Source of the DNA: a virus
Taxonomy: Duplodnaviria; Caudoviricetes
DNA length: 57,910 bases
Direction: 5' to 3' (one strand)
Virus record (IMG/VR): IMGVR_UViG_3300037424_000402
Coordinates: 1-57,910 of that record
The notes under the pieces: model-generated
The model's input: only the letters and a program-made list of their open reading frames with translations
Told to the model about the DNA's origin: nothing
Databases searched by the model: none
Made by a program: the position numbers and the translations under genes
Shown here: positions 45,754 to 55,159 of the stretch, in pieces
Layout: every line of letters begins with the position of its first letter
Position numbering within the stretch: position 1 is the stretch's first letter

Positions 45754-48443
45754 GCTACGATCCCAGAGAATTCGGTGCATTGTGTAGTAGGTGCCCGCTC
45801 GCCGGGATGGAGATCGTTCCTCCGGAGGAGGCGCGCAGCGGATATCCGTTTGCGATCCTCGTGGGGGAGATCCCAGGCGCGGAGGAGGCGAAGCAGGGCC
45901 GCCCCTTCGTCGGCCCCTCGGGCTGGGAGATGAATCGCGCGCTACAGGCAGTTGGGATCCGCCGGAACCGCTGCCACGTCACCAATGCCGTGCTCTGCCA
46001 TCCACCCGGCGCCGCCTCGGGCGCGCTCGACCGGATCGACAAGCAAGTCGCGACGCGCCGGAAGAACGGCGACACGGAAGTCCTGACGCCCGTGGAGGCG
46101 TGTCGTCCGAGGCTCCTGCGGGAGATCGAGGGGCTGGGCTGCAAGGATGTCGTGCCCCTCGGTGGCGTGGCGATGCGCGCGATCACCGGGATGCGCTCGA
46201 AGATCCTCGAAGTGCGCGGCGGTCCGCAGAACGTGGATGTGCCAGTCGAGGATGAGCGGAGAGTGGTGCTACGGATGCTGCCCACTGTCCATCCGGCGTT
46301 CGTGATGCGCTCGCGCCGCTGGACCGGCGCCTTCGTGGCCGACCTCGGCCGGGCGATGCGCTGGTTCACCTCGGGGCTGCGCTGGCAGGATCCGGTGACG
46401 CTCTTCCGACCGAGCCCGGTGCAGCTTCGCGCCTGGATCGCTAGGGCTTCACGGGCCGTGATCTACGACGTCGAGACTGCGCCCGCCTTCCCCTCGCCGA
46501 AGGCTTCGGAATGCCGCTACGATCCGATGCGCGATCCGCTGCGCGTCGTCGGACTTTGCAACGAAGATGCCCGCTCGGCCACGGTGATACCGTTTCGATC
46601 GAAGGAAGATGTAGGCCGATCATTCTACACGCTCAATGAGTATCGCGAGTTGATCGACATCCTGCGCGCCTTCTTCGTTTCGAGCAAGATCAAAGTCGGG
46701 TGGAACTCCGGGTATTACGATCGGATGGTGATCGAGTCGCATTTCAAGGTGACTCCAGCACCGCACATCGATCTGATCGGTCTCCATAAGTTCGTCGAGC
46801 CGGAGCTTCCTCACTCGCTCGGCTACGCAGGATCGATCTACACCGACGTCAACGCCTGGAAGCAGGGTCGCCCGGCAGAATCGTCGGAGACCGATCAGGA
46901 TCTTTGGACGTACAACGCGAAGGATACTGCCGTCACTGCGATGTCGATGGGGCCGATCGTTCAGGCAGTCAAGGATCGGAAGCAGGAGAAGCCCGCCGCG
47001 TTCTGGCCGTTCGTTCAGGATCTATGCGTGCAGCTTCATCGTAACGGCATGCACGTCGATCAGGTGAAGCGACAGGAGTGGGACGCGAAGATGCTCCGGC
47101 TCGCGCAGGAGCACCTGCGAGTGATCCGCGACGCCTCGGGCAAGCCTCGGATGAACCCGGGATCGTTCCCCCAGGTGGGTGGGCTCCTCTTCGATGATTG
47201 GGAGTTGCTCCCCGTGAATTACACGGAGGGTGGTGAGCCCTCGACGGACGATGAGTCGCTGCGCGAGATCATGGCGAAGCAAACGCTCACCCCAGCCCAG
47301 CGCACCACCATCGAGAATGTGCGGCTCTACCGGCGCCGCTGCAAGTACCGGGGGACGTACACGCAGAAGCTCCGCCCGATGAACGAGCCGCCTGTCGCCG
47401 AGGCGTTCAGCTTCGATGAGGAGGCAGAGGAAGAGGACAAGGTGCTCGATCGGCTGAAGAGGGGCCGCCCGAAGTCCGGTGTGATCCTCGCCGACGGGCG
47501 CGTCCACGGCGACTGGAACGCGCACGGCACGCTCGGCTGGCGCATCTCGTCTTCCGCGCCGAACCTTCAGAACTACCCCAACCTCCTGCGCGACATGATC
47601 GATGCCGCGCCCGGGTGGTGCCTCGTCGGCTGCGATCAGGCGCAGCTTGAACTCCGAATGGTCGCGGCGATGGCTGGGGCTCGCGCGTATCTCGCCGCGT
47701 TCGCGTCCGGCGGAGATCCGCACGGCGAGCTTTGCGTTGCCACCTTCGGCTCGGTGTATGAGAACGCTGCGAAGGATCCGAAGAAGCTCTTCCGCCGGTT
47801 CGTGAAGGAAGGGACGTACGCCAGCGTCTATCAGGCGGAGATCGAGACCGTTCACGGTGTGCTCGCCTCCGCCGAAGATCAGGAGACCGAGCGGCTCGTG
47901 TTCCCCGACATCTCGATCTCGAAGGTTGCCGCCTTCCACCGGGTGTTCACCGAGCGCAACCCGGAGATCCCGATCTGGTGGGAGACCCTGGACAAGGAGT
48001 TCAGCGAGAAGGGTTATCTCACCGAGGATGTGCTCGGATTACGCTGTGACTTCCTCGACGGTGCGAAGGATCCGCAGTTGGGGAACAAGATGTCGAACTT
48101 CAAAGCGCAGTCCGGTGGATCCGCGATCGTCCACATCGCGACGAAGCGCTTCGTGGAGAACATGCCAAAGGATTGGCACGGGCGCGTGCTGATCGTGAAC
48201 CAGGGTCACGACTCGCTCACCTGCGAGGTGAAGGCAGATCATCCTGGCCCGCAGGTTTTGATCCGCAACGAGAAGGGTGAGATCAAAGAGCGTCGCTGGT
48301 GTGCAGATCCCAACTGTGGATGTCTGCCGAGCAAGGTGGGACGCTTCCTCGAAGAGTGTTTTACCATTGACGGCAACGCCTACGGTCTGCCGGTTCCATT
48401 CTTGGGGGAGATGCAGATCGGCAACACTTGGAAGGAGACGTAA
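45750..48443 (+). CDS. polA: Family A DNA polymerase with N-terminal family-4 uracil-DNA-glycosylase domain (SPO1-type architecture)
   Basis: UDG: CSRCPL, VGEIPG.EE..GRPFVGPSG, TNAVLC, HPAF; exonuclease: YDVET, YNAKD; polymerase: PNLQN, DQAQLELR, KEGTYASVY, HDS. Confidence 0.93.
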   Translation: MSYDPREFGALCSRCPLAGMEIVPPEEARSGYPFAILVGEIPGAEEAKQGRPFVGPSGWEMNRALQAVGIRRNRCHVTNAVLCHPPGAASGALDRIDKQVATRRKNGDTEVLTPVEACRPRLLREIEGLGCKDVVPLGGVAMRAITGMRSKILEVRGGPQNVDVPVEDERRVVLRMLPTVHPAFVMRSRRWTGAFVADLGRAMRWFTSGLRWQDPVTLFRPSPVQLRAWIARASRAVIYDVETAPAFPSPKASECRYDPMRDPLRVVGLCNEDARSATVIPFRSKEDVGRSFYTLNEYRELIDILRAFFVSSKIKVGWNSGYYDRMVIESHFKVTPAPHIDLIGLHKFVEPELPHSLGYAGSIYTDVNAWKQGRPAESSETDQDLWTYNAKDTAVTAMSMGPIVQAVKDRKQEKPAAFWPFVQDLCVQLHRNGMHVDQVKRQEWDAKMLRLAQEHLRVIRDASGKPRMNPGSFPQVGGLLFDDWELLPVNYTEGGEPSTDDESLREIMAKQTLTPAQRTTIENVRLYRRRCKYRGTYTQKLRPMNEPPVAEAFSFDEEAEEEDKVLDRLKRGRPKSGVILADGRVHGDWNAHGTLGWRISSSAPNLQNYPNLLRDMIDAAPGWCLVGCDQAQLELRMVAAMAGARAYLAAFASGGDPHGELCVATFGSVYENAAKDPKKLFRRFVKEGTYASVYQAEIETVHGVLASAEDQETERLVFPDISISKVAAFHRVFTERNPEIPIWWETLDKEFSEKGYLTEDVLGLRCDFLDGAKDPQLGNKMSNFKAQSGGSAIVHIATKRFVENMPKDWHGRVLIVNQGHDSLTCEVKADHPGPQVLIRNEKGEIKERRWCADPNCGCLPSKVGRFLEECFTIDGNAYGLPVPFLGEMQIGNTWKET

Positions 48444-48444
48444 G

Positions 48445-48915
48445 GTGTCTATCCGCGAACTCGACATCGGGCCACTTCACCCGCCTCGGAAGGTCTTCCG
48501 GGTGTTCATCGCGCACCCGAAGGACGTCTCCGATCAAATGGTGGAGGATCATCGGAACCGCATCTCCGCGATCATGTCTCGCGCGTCCGAGGCCACTCGC
48601 AACCCGGTCACGATCGTGGCGATCCTCGGGCGCGAGGATTGGGATGCGAACTTCAAGCGCTGCGGATCCTGGCAGTCGTGGGAGCGCGACGTCGTGCTGC
48701 GCATGGATTACGCCACGCGGGAACGCTTCTACTCGGCGATCGTCGTCACTGACCGAATCATCGGATCCGCGACGAAGGGGATCGTCCTGACTGCGATCGC
48801 TGCCAAGCTCCCGGCGCTCTTCTTTCATAGAAACTCGGGGCTGATGTTCAAGATCCGGAGCGTGGTCACGATCAATTCGATGGATTTCCGCGAAGGGTGG
48901 GAGATCGTCACATGA
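48445..48915 (+). CDS. Hypothetical Rossmann-like protein
   Basis: RVFIAHP...IGSATKGIV..A pattern. Confidence 0.6.
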   Translation: MSIRELDIGPLHPPRKVFRVFIAHPKDVSDQMVEDHRNRISAIMSRASEATRNPVTIVAILGREDWDANFKRCGSWQSWERDVVLRMDYATRERFYSAIVVTDRIIGSATKGIVLTAIAAKLPALFFHRNSGLMFKIRSVVTINSMDFREGWEIVT

Positions 48916-49148
48916 TCGCAACGCGCAAGATCCGGAAGATGTTCAAGCCGATCCTCGACGCTGGGGAACCGACGCTCCTCGACGTGAGTGGAGTCTCCCC
49001 TGGTGAGGCGATGAGGATCATCCGCGAGTTATCCAAGATCGACGCGATCCGGATCTGCGACGGACCGGATGCGATCCTGTCACCGTACGTGATCACGTCT
49101 CGGGGGATGGAGTTCTTCCGTCGTCGCTGGTGGCACCACTTCATCTAG
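48912..49148 (+). CDS. Small winged-helix-like protein
   Basis: YVITSRGMEF. Confidence 0.55.
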   Translation: MIATRKIRKMFKPILDAGEPTLLDVSGVSPGEAMRIIRELSKIDAIRICDGPDAILSPYVITSRGMEFFRRRWWHHFI

Positions 49149-49159
49149 GAGGATCGTCC

Positions 49160-49720
49160 ATGTCGATCATGCAGCCGATCAGCGTTTTGCAGACGTGGGT
49201 CCAGCAACTCACCTTCATGCAGCAATCGGTTCTGATCACGGCGATCCGCGGACCGGACGGAATCGATAAGAACCATGTTTCCAAACTCCTGATCCGCTGG
49301 CTCCGCCGCTGCGTGCTCTACTCGGCGTTCGAGTCGAGGATGCGCGGTCAACCAATGACGATGAACACCCCGTACTCTGGCGGCGGTGGCAGCTTCACGG
49401 GTCCATCAATTCAAGATAGACCGATCACTATTGACTGGCGTAACGACATGATGGACGTCGTAAAGTTCTATCTCGCCAGCCTCGATGCGGTCCCACACCA
49501 CTTCCAGTTGCATTTCATGCACGCGATTGAGATCGTCGGCTACGAGCATCCTGACAAGCTGATCCGTCAGTGGTGGGAGACGGTTTATCATCGGATCTCG
49601 AACGATATGCACCTGAATCCTGAGACGATCGAGCAAATGAGGAAACGTCTCGGCGATCAAGAATCGACGTGGAGATCCGCAGAAGAGGTCACAGCGAAGT
49701 CCCCAGGAGAATGGCCATGA
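49160..49720 (+). CDS. Conserved phage hypothetical protein
   Basis: SVLQTWV..L..MQQSVL..AIRGPDG; HFQLHFMHA; AGGAGG RBS. Confidence 0.7.
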   Translation: MSIMQPISVLQTWVQQLTFMQQSVLITAIRGPDGIDKNHVSKLLIRWLRRCVLYSAFESRMRGQPMTMNTPYSGGGGSFTGPSIQDRPITIDWRNDMMDVVKFYLASLDAVPHHFQLHFMHAIEIVGYEHPDKLIRQWWETVYHRISNDMHLNPETIEQMRKRLGDQESTWRSAEEVTAKSPGEWP

Positions 49721-50076
49721 CGAACGAGCAATTCGGCGTGATCGTGAACAAGTTTTTCACGTTCCAGAAGAAGATGGAGGAGACGAAGGGGAAGGAGTAC
49801 GCGAACGGTGAGGACCGGCTCGGCAACTTCAAGCGCGAGGCGATCAAGATGGGCGTGACACCAGAACTCGTCTGCCACATCTACCTCGCAAAGCACCTCG
49901 ACTCGATCGATTACTACGTGAAGGTCGTGCAGGCGACCGGGCACGAGCCGACGAATCAGTCGGAGCCGATCGACGGGCGCATCGGCGACGCGATCGTCTA
50001 TCTCATGATCCTCTACGCAATCATCGCAGAGCGTGAGGCTGGTACGCTCGACGAAGCAATTCGCCCGGCTCTTTAG
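49717..50076 (+). CDS. All-alpha nucleotide-pyrophosphatase-like (DUF1599-like) protein
   Basis: KGKEYANGEDRLGNFK...KHLD...RIGDAIVY. Confidence 0.6.
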   Translation: MTNEQFGVIVNKFFTFQKKMEETKGKEYANGEDRLGNFKREAIKMGVTPELVCHIYLAKHLDSIDYYVKVVQATGHEPTNQSEPIDGRIGDAIVYLMILYAIIAEREAGTLDEAIRPAL

Positions 50077-50085
50077 AGGATCCCG

Positions 50086-51873
50086 ATGACTCGACCATTC
50101 GTGAAGTCGATCCGATCCAACCTCCAAGGCGGATCGGCGACGTACCTCGGGGCGAAGACGCTCCTCGTCGGTCCCAACGCGATCGGCAAGTCAGCGATCA
50201 TCCGCAGCATCGAGCTTGCCACCACCGGCCGCGCGTCGGACATCGCCGGGCGTGACACGCTAGCGCTCGACGCCGAGCTTGCCAGCCTCATCACCTCCGG
50301 GCTGGACACCGGCGAGTGCATCGCCGACTTCAGCGAGGGCGGCGAAGCGGTGTGGACGCTGATCAAGGGGAAGCGCTCGAAGCGGATCGGGCCGACCGCC
50401 GCATTCCCGCTGCGCGACATTCAGAAGGCGATCCTCGGGAGTGCCGAGACCGCGCGGAAGTTCTTCCTTTCCCAGGTGTCGGGGCTCACTTGGAAGAACT
50501 TCCTCGCCGAGATCCCAGATCAATTCCACAAGCGACTCCAGCCGTTCGCGGATGATGCTCGCACGGCGAACGCGATCACGCTGGCACTCGAAGCGGCGAG
50601 AAAGGACGTCCGGGAGAAGCGGGCGGAGGCGAAGGCACAGCGCGAAGTGGCAGGGAAGACCACGCAAGGGCTCGCGCCGCCCGCCAGTGACGAGGAGATC
50701 GCGCGAGCGAAGGAAGCCGTTGCGAACGCCGGGATCTTCGAGCGGACCTCGCAGGCGAGGCAGAAGATCGGCCAGATCGACGCGCAGATCCTGACCCTCG
50801 AAGAAGTGATCGCGACCTTCGGTGAGCGGGTCTCGACCATGAATGCCGCGCTCGCCGTGATGGAGAAGGGCGTGGAGATCGCGCCGATCGTCGAGCACCT
50901 CCTCGCCGTGCTCGAACACGTCGTGGAGAAGGGCGTGGGAATCTGCCCGACGTGCGGCGAGCTACGCGATCCAGCTGTCTTCGCCACGCGGCTCGCCACG
51001 GCAAAGGGGAAGGTCTCCGGAGCGATCGAGGCTGGCAAGAAGTACCGGGAGGCGCAGTCGGCTCTCCGCGAGGCGAACGTCACGCTGGACCTCACTCGCC
51101 ACGACCTCGATAACCTGCGCATCGACCGGGAGACGCTACGGCAGATCGCTGGGGTCACCGAGATCGATGCTCCACCAGCCGGTGACTACGCCACGCTGAT
51201 CGCGAACGCCGCAGCGTGGAAGACGGCGCGCGCGGCCGAGGCGAGCGCGGCGGCTGCTACCGCCGCAGAGGCGACGTCGTCGCAGCTAGCCGGTCTCATC
51301 GAGCAAGCGCTCGCGCGGCTCCTCGCCCGAGCGCTTCAGGAGTTCGTGGATCGCGTTCAGTCCTATCTCCCACCAGGGATGCACTTCGGCGCTGAGCTTC
51401 GCGACGGCGATCGCGAGGTCTTCCGCATCGGTCTGCGGACCGAGAAGTCGCTGCGCACGGCTCTCTCCGGGGCGGAGTGGAGTACCGTCATGGCAGCGGT
51501 GGCCCTGGCCTGCTCACCGAAGAGCGGCGCGGTGATCGTCGTCCCCGAGGATCGCGACTTCGATCCCGACACGCTCGAAGCGGTGATGAGGGGCTTCGGC
51601 TCGTTCGACGGACAGGTGATCCTGGCCGGAACGAAGGAGCCACGTCACCCGGTCGAGGGCTGGAACGTGGTCAAGGTGGAGAAGATCGTGCTCCCCGAGC
51701 CGTCAACGTCCTACTGCGCGGAGTGCCGAGCCGAGATCATGATCGGGATGTGCCCGCACAACGTGGAAGCGGCTCCGCCTCCGCCGAAGAAGGACGTGCT
51801 CAGGGCGCTCTTCCCGCCGGTGGAGGAGAAGAAGGAGCCTCCGACCGACATCTTCGCATCGGAGAAGCCATGA
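50086..51873 (+). CDS. Rad50/SbcC-like ABC ATPase
   Basis: GPNAIGKS; coiled coils around a CPTC hook; LSGAE signature; degenerate Walker B. Confidence 0.75.
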   Translation: MTRPFVKSIRSNLQGGSATYLGAKTLLVGPNAIGKSAIIRSIELATTGRASDIAGRDTLALDAELASLITSGLDTGECIADFSEGGEAVWTLIKGKRSKRIGPTAAFPLRDIQKAILGSAETARKFFLSQVSGLTWKNFLAEIPDQFHKRLQPFADDARTANAITLALEAARKDVREKRAEAKAQREVAGKTTQGLAPPASDEEIARAKEAVANAGIFERTSQARQKIGQIDAQILTLEEVIATFGERVSTMNAALAVMEKGVEIAPIVEHLLAVLEHVVEKGVGICPTCGELRDPAVFATRLATAKGKVSGAIEAGKKYREAQSALREANVTLDLTRHDLDNLRIDRETLRQIAGVTEIDAPPAGDYATLIANAAAWKTARAAEASAAAATAAEATSSQLAGLIEQALARLLARALQEFVDRVQSYLPPGMHFGAELRDGDREVFRIGLRTEKSLRTALSGAEWSTVMAAVALACSPKSGAVIVVPEDRDFDPDTLEAVMRGFGSFDGQVILAGTKEPRHPVEGWNVVKVEKIVLPEPSTSYCAECRAEIMIGMCPHNVEAAPPPPKKDVLRALFPPVEEKKEPPTDIFASEKP

Positions 51874-52691
51874 AGCTCGCGATCGTCACTGTCCAGCCGC
51901 ATGGCTATCCCCACTGGCGAGCGTTCGATGAGCTTGCCGACAGTCTCGTCGATGCGGCAGGAGCGCTCGGACACGACGTCGAGCGATCCTCGATGCCGTT
52001 GTGGGGAGCGCGAAACATCATCCTGGGATCGAATCTCCTCGATCATGTGATCTGGGAACCGCCACCCGAATCGATCCTCTACAACTTGGAGCAGATCGAT
52101 CCCAATTCGCCATGGCTCCACGCGAACATGCTCGCGCGAATGCGGAAATACATCGTCTGGGATTACTCGGAGATGAACGCCGATAGCTACCATCTCGTCG
52201 GGCTTCCCAAGCCACGCGCGATCCTACCGATCGGCTACTCGCCGTCGCTGGAGAGAATCAAGAAGAGATCCTCGACGTACGACGTGCTCATGTACGGATC
52301 GCTCAACGAGCGCAGAATAGCAGCAATCCGGTCGATCGATCCGAGGTTCACCTCGCATCGTCTCTTCAACGTGTACGGAGAAGATCGCGACGACATGATC
52401 GCGCAGGCTCGGCTGGTGCTGAACGTCCACTACTACCAAGCCAACATCTTCGAGATCGTGCGGTGCAGCTATCTCATGGCGAACCGGATCCCGATCGTCT
52501 CAGAGGAGTCGTTCGATCAGGAGCCGTGGGAATCCGGCGTGTCGTTCGTACCGTGCAACGGGATCGCTCACCGCGTGGCGAACCTCCTCGACACTCCCGG
52601 TGCTCTCGATCGGCTCGGCGAAGCTGGGTACGAGTTGATAAAGAGCCGCCCGCAGAAAGACTACCTGCGGGCGGCCCTGGAGACCCTCTAG
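51870..52691 (+). CDS. Glycosyltransferase (GT-B-like)
   Basis: ILYNLEQ, VWDYS, DVLMYGSLNERR, LVLNVHYY, FEIVR, IVSE. Confidence 0.75.
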   Translation: MKLAIVTVQPHGYPHWRAFDELADSLVDAAGALGHDVERSSMPLWGARNIILGSNLLDHVIWEPPPESILYNLEQIDPNSPWLHANMLARMRKYIVWDYSEMNADSYHLVGLPKPRAILPIGYSPSLERIKKRSSTYDVLMYGSLNERRIAAIRSIDPRFTSHRLFNVYGEDRDDMIAQARLVLNVHYYQANIFEIVRCSYLMANRIPIVSEESFDQEPWESGVSFVPCNGIAHRVANLLDTPGALDRLGEAGYELIKSRPQKDYLRAALETL

Positions 52692-52703
52692 CCGGCGACG
52701 TTC

Positions 52704-52940
52704 CTACTTCATGATCGCGAGCGCGTTGCGAGCGAACACGGAGCCGGTGCCGGTGATGGTGTTGCAGGTGATGTTGACGTTCGTCGCGTCCACCGGGACG
52801 GTGGAGAAGAACACCGTGGTGGCCGCCGCCGCGCTCTCCGGAGTGAACCAGTACTCGTCGGGCGTGGCGAGGAGGCCGTGCGCGATCGCCGTGCCTGCGA
52901 TCGGGATGGGGATTCCGCGTGTGATGAACCGGTAGACCAT
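52704..52940 (-). CDS. Small beta-rich protein on the opposite strand
   Basis: IAHGLLATP motif; strong codon bias; AAGGA RBS. Confidence 0.6.
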   Translation of the reverse strand: MVYRFITRGIPIPIAGTAIAHGLLATPDEYWFTPESAAAATTVFFSTVPVDATNVNITCNTITGTGSVFARNALAIMK

Positions 52941-53040
52941 GAGTGCCGTCCTTTCAGGGTGTGGCGTGCTGCGAGGTGCAGGGATGATCCCCCATCGATG
53001 AGCCCTTGACAAACTAGGTTCGGCAAGGTTTCCTGGCAAC

Positions 53041-53241
53041 ATGACGAAGAGAGCAAAACAGAAGACCCGGACGCTCGGTGTCACCTCGGACGGCGACGCG
53101 CAGGTGGTGTGGCTCCGCGTCGATCGCCCGGACTACGTCGAGCTACGCAACCGGCAGATCGCGACCGGGGCGACCGTCGCCGCGCAGATCCGGATCTTCA
53201 TCCGCGAAGGACTTCACCGAAAGAAGAGGATCCTCAAATGA
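53041..53241 (+). CDS. RHH-like DNA-binding protein
   Basis: VWLRVDRPDYVEL...TVAAQIRIFIREGL. Confidence 0.55.
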   Translation: MTKRAKQKTRTLGVTSDGDAQVVWLRVDRPDYVELRNRQIATGATVAAQIRIFIREGLHRKKRILK

Positions 53242-53468
53242 TCGTCAAGCTCAGAGTGCCATTCGGAGACAATCGCCCGATCCCTGGGATGCCCGGCCTC
53301 GATGTCGAGGGAGTGATCGCGATCGTGACAGGGGTCGCGGACGTCGCAGAGGCGAAGGCGGTGCTCGACTCCTACTGCAACGATGTGAACCAGCCCAAGT
53401 GGTCGGTCGTGGCCGATGTCGAGATCCTCACCAGCGAGTCACCCCAGGTGTTCGCCTATGTCGGCTGA
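53238..53468 (+). CDS. Hypothetical protein
   Basis: ATGA overlap; GAGG RBS. Confidence 0.5.
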   Translation: MIVKLRVPFGDNRPIPGMPGLDVEGVIAIVTGVADVAEAKAVLDSYCNDVNQPKWSVVADVEILTSESPQVFAYVG

Positions 53469-53655
53469 TGGGATCTCGATCGCAATTCCTCCCGACGTAC
53501 CGGCGAGGAAGATTTCGATCGTCGTCAATGGACACGAGGTCGCATACATTGGTCGCGACGATGGGATCCACATTCACGGATACGTCGATCGCTGGTACAA
53601 GTGGTCGCTCTGCGCTCAACTGTGGTGGTATCTGACGATCGGGAGAATCAAGTGA
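53458..53655 (+). CDS. Hypothetical protein
   Basis: Operon packing. Confidence 0.45.
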   Translation: MSADGISIAIPPDVPARKISIVVNGHEVAYIGRDDGIHIHGYVDRWYKWSLCAQLWWYLTIGRIK

Positions 53656-54944
53656 CAAAACCACTCATCGCGCTGTGTCTCCCCACGTCGGATCTCTTCC
53701 ACCCGAACACGGTGATCTCGATCCTGAACGGCAACATCCCGCGCCCGGGGATCGCGATCAACGCGCGTGGAAAGAACGTGTTCCAGGCGCGCAACGAACT
53801 CGTACGCGATGCACTCGCGTTCGAGGATCCCGAACTCGGCAAGGTGACGCACCTCCTCTGGATCGATGATGACATGGTCTTCCGGGGCGATGCCGTGCCG
53901 AGGCTCATCGCGCACGATCTCCCGATCGTGGGTGGTCTCTGCTACAACCGTCACCACCCGTACAACCCGGTCATGCTCTACGAGCCCCCCAAGGGCTGTG
54001 AGAGCGTCGGCTATCTCTTCCGCTACGAGTGGCCCCAGCCTCCGGGACTCCTCGAAGTGGACGCGACGGGCGCGGCGTTCCTCCTGACGAAGCGCGAGGT
54101 CTTCGAGAAGATCGCGGAGAGCCTGAAGCCGGGGGAAGGCCCGTTCGATCAGATCGAGTGGGGCGAGGATGTCTCGTTCTGCAAGCGGGCTCGCGCGGCC
54201 GGCTACAAGGTCATGGTGGACACTTCCATCGAGGTCGGGCACGTCGGCGAGGTCGTGGTCGCCGAGGCGTTCGCCACCCGGAACCGACAGGGCAAGCTCA
54301 ACCCCTGGACCGAGACGATCGGCGTGACGAAGTGCGGGCTCCGGATCCTCGGCGACGAAGACACCGCCGACGGCGCGATGCACCGCGCGCGCTACCGCTG
54401 GGCCTCCGATCAGTTGCATGAGGAGATCAAGCGAGATCAGGATCGGTCGCCGTTCGGCGCCGACTTCCGCGTTCTCGACTACGGGTGTGGCACCGGCCAC
54501 GGGACCGATCTCCTGCGGACCACCGGGTTCGATGCCATCGGCTACGATCCCGACAAGGAAGCCATCGTGTACGGTCGCGAGAAGTTCTTCAACGGGAGCA
54601 CGCGCCAGATCGATTGGGATCCGGTCTTCCTCCAACCACCGTACCGGTGGGACGCGATCGTCGCCTTCGAGGTGATCGAGCACCTCGACGCACCGCCGGC
54701 TGAGACGCTGGCATGGCTCCTGAAGAGGGCGCCGATCGTGATCGGGTCGGTGCCATTCATGGAGCCCGCCGGATTCAACCCACATCACAAACACTCGATG
54801 CTCGATGCAGTGTCGATCGGGTTCCCGATGATGCACGTCGCCATGGAGGACATCTTCGGGCAGAAGTGGAACGGCGAGATCGGGCCGCTCGTCGATCGCG
54901 CGACGACGCCGATCATGCTCTTCATCGCGAGGCGACGGCCATGA
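53652..54944 (+). CDS. GT-A glycosyltransferase fused to a SAM-dependent methyltransferase
   Basis: ARNELV, LLWIDDD, ATGAAFLL, GEDVSFC, VGH; then HRARY, VLDYGCGTGHG, FEVIEH. Confidence 0.85.
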   Translation: MTKPLIALCLPTSDLFHPNTVISILNGNIPRPGIAINARGKNVFQARNELVRDALAFEDPELGKVTHLLWIDDDMVFRGDAVPRLIAHDLPIVGGLCYNRHHPYNPVMLYEPPKGCESVGYLFRYEWPQPPGLLEVDATGAAFLLTKREVFEKIAESLKPGEGPFDQIEWGEDVSFCKRARAAGYKVMVDTSIEVGHVGEVVVAEAFATRNRQGKLNPWTETIGVTKCGLRILGDEDTADGAMHRARYRWASDQLHEEIKRDQDRSPFGADFRVLDYGCGTGHGTDLLRTTGFDAIGYDPDKEAIVYGREKFFNGSTRQIDWDPVFLQPPYRWDAIVAFEVIEHLDAPPAETLAWLLKRAPIVIGSVPFMEPAGFNPHHKHSMLDAVSIGFPMMHVAMEDIFGQKWNGEIGPLVDRATTPIMLFIARRRP

Positions 54945-55159
54945 GAACGATCATCCTAGCGGTAGTGGTGATGATTCTTTCAGGATGCCCAGGGCGCAGA
55001 GAAGAGTCTCCATCACTGAAACCAGCGGCACAGTGGCCCGAGGGAAGTCTCCGGATCGTGGAAGACAAGGAGCGGGGCGTGGTCTGCTACATCATGCCAG
55101 CGATCACAGCCTATTCCTCCGACACGATCTCCTGTGTTCGCCTGGAGTCAAAGCGATGA
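54941..55159 (+). CDS. Small lipoprotein
   Basis: MRTIILAVVVMILSGC lipobox; EDKERGVVCY. Confidence 0.65.
   Translation: MRTIILAVVVMILSGCPGRREESPSLKPAAQWPEGSLRIVEDKERGVVCYIMPAITAYSSDTISCVRLESKR

Noticed and set aside
53006-53035. Promoter at TTGACA before 53041
   Set aside because: Perfect -35 but no convincing -10 at 16-18 nt spacing
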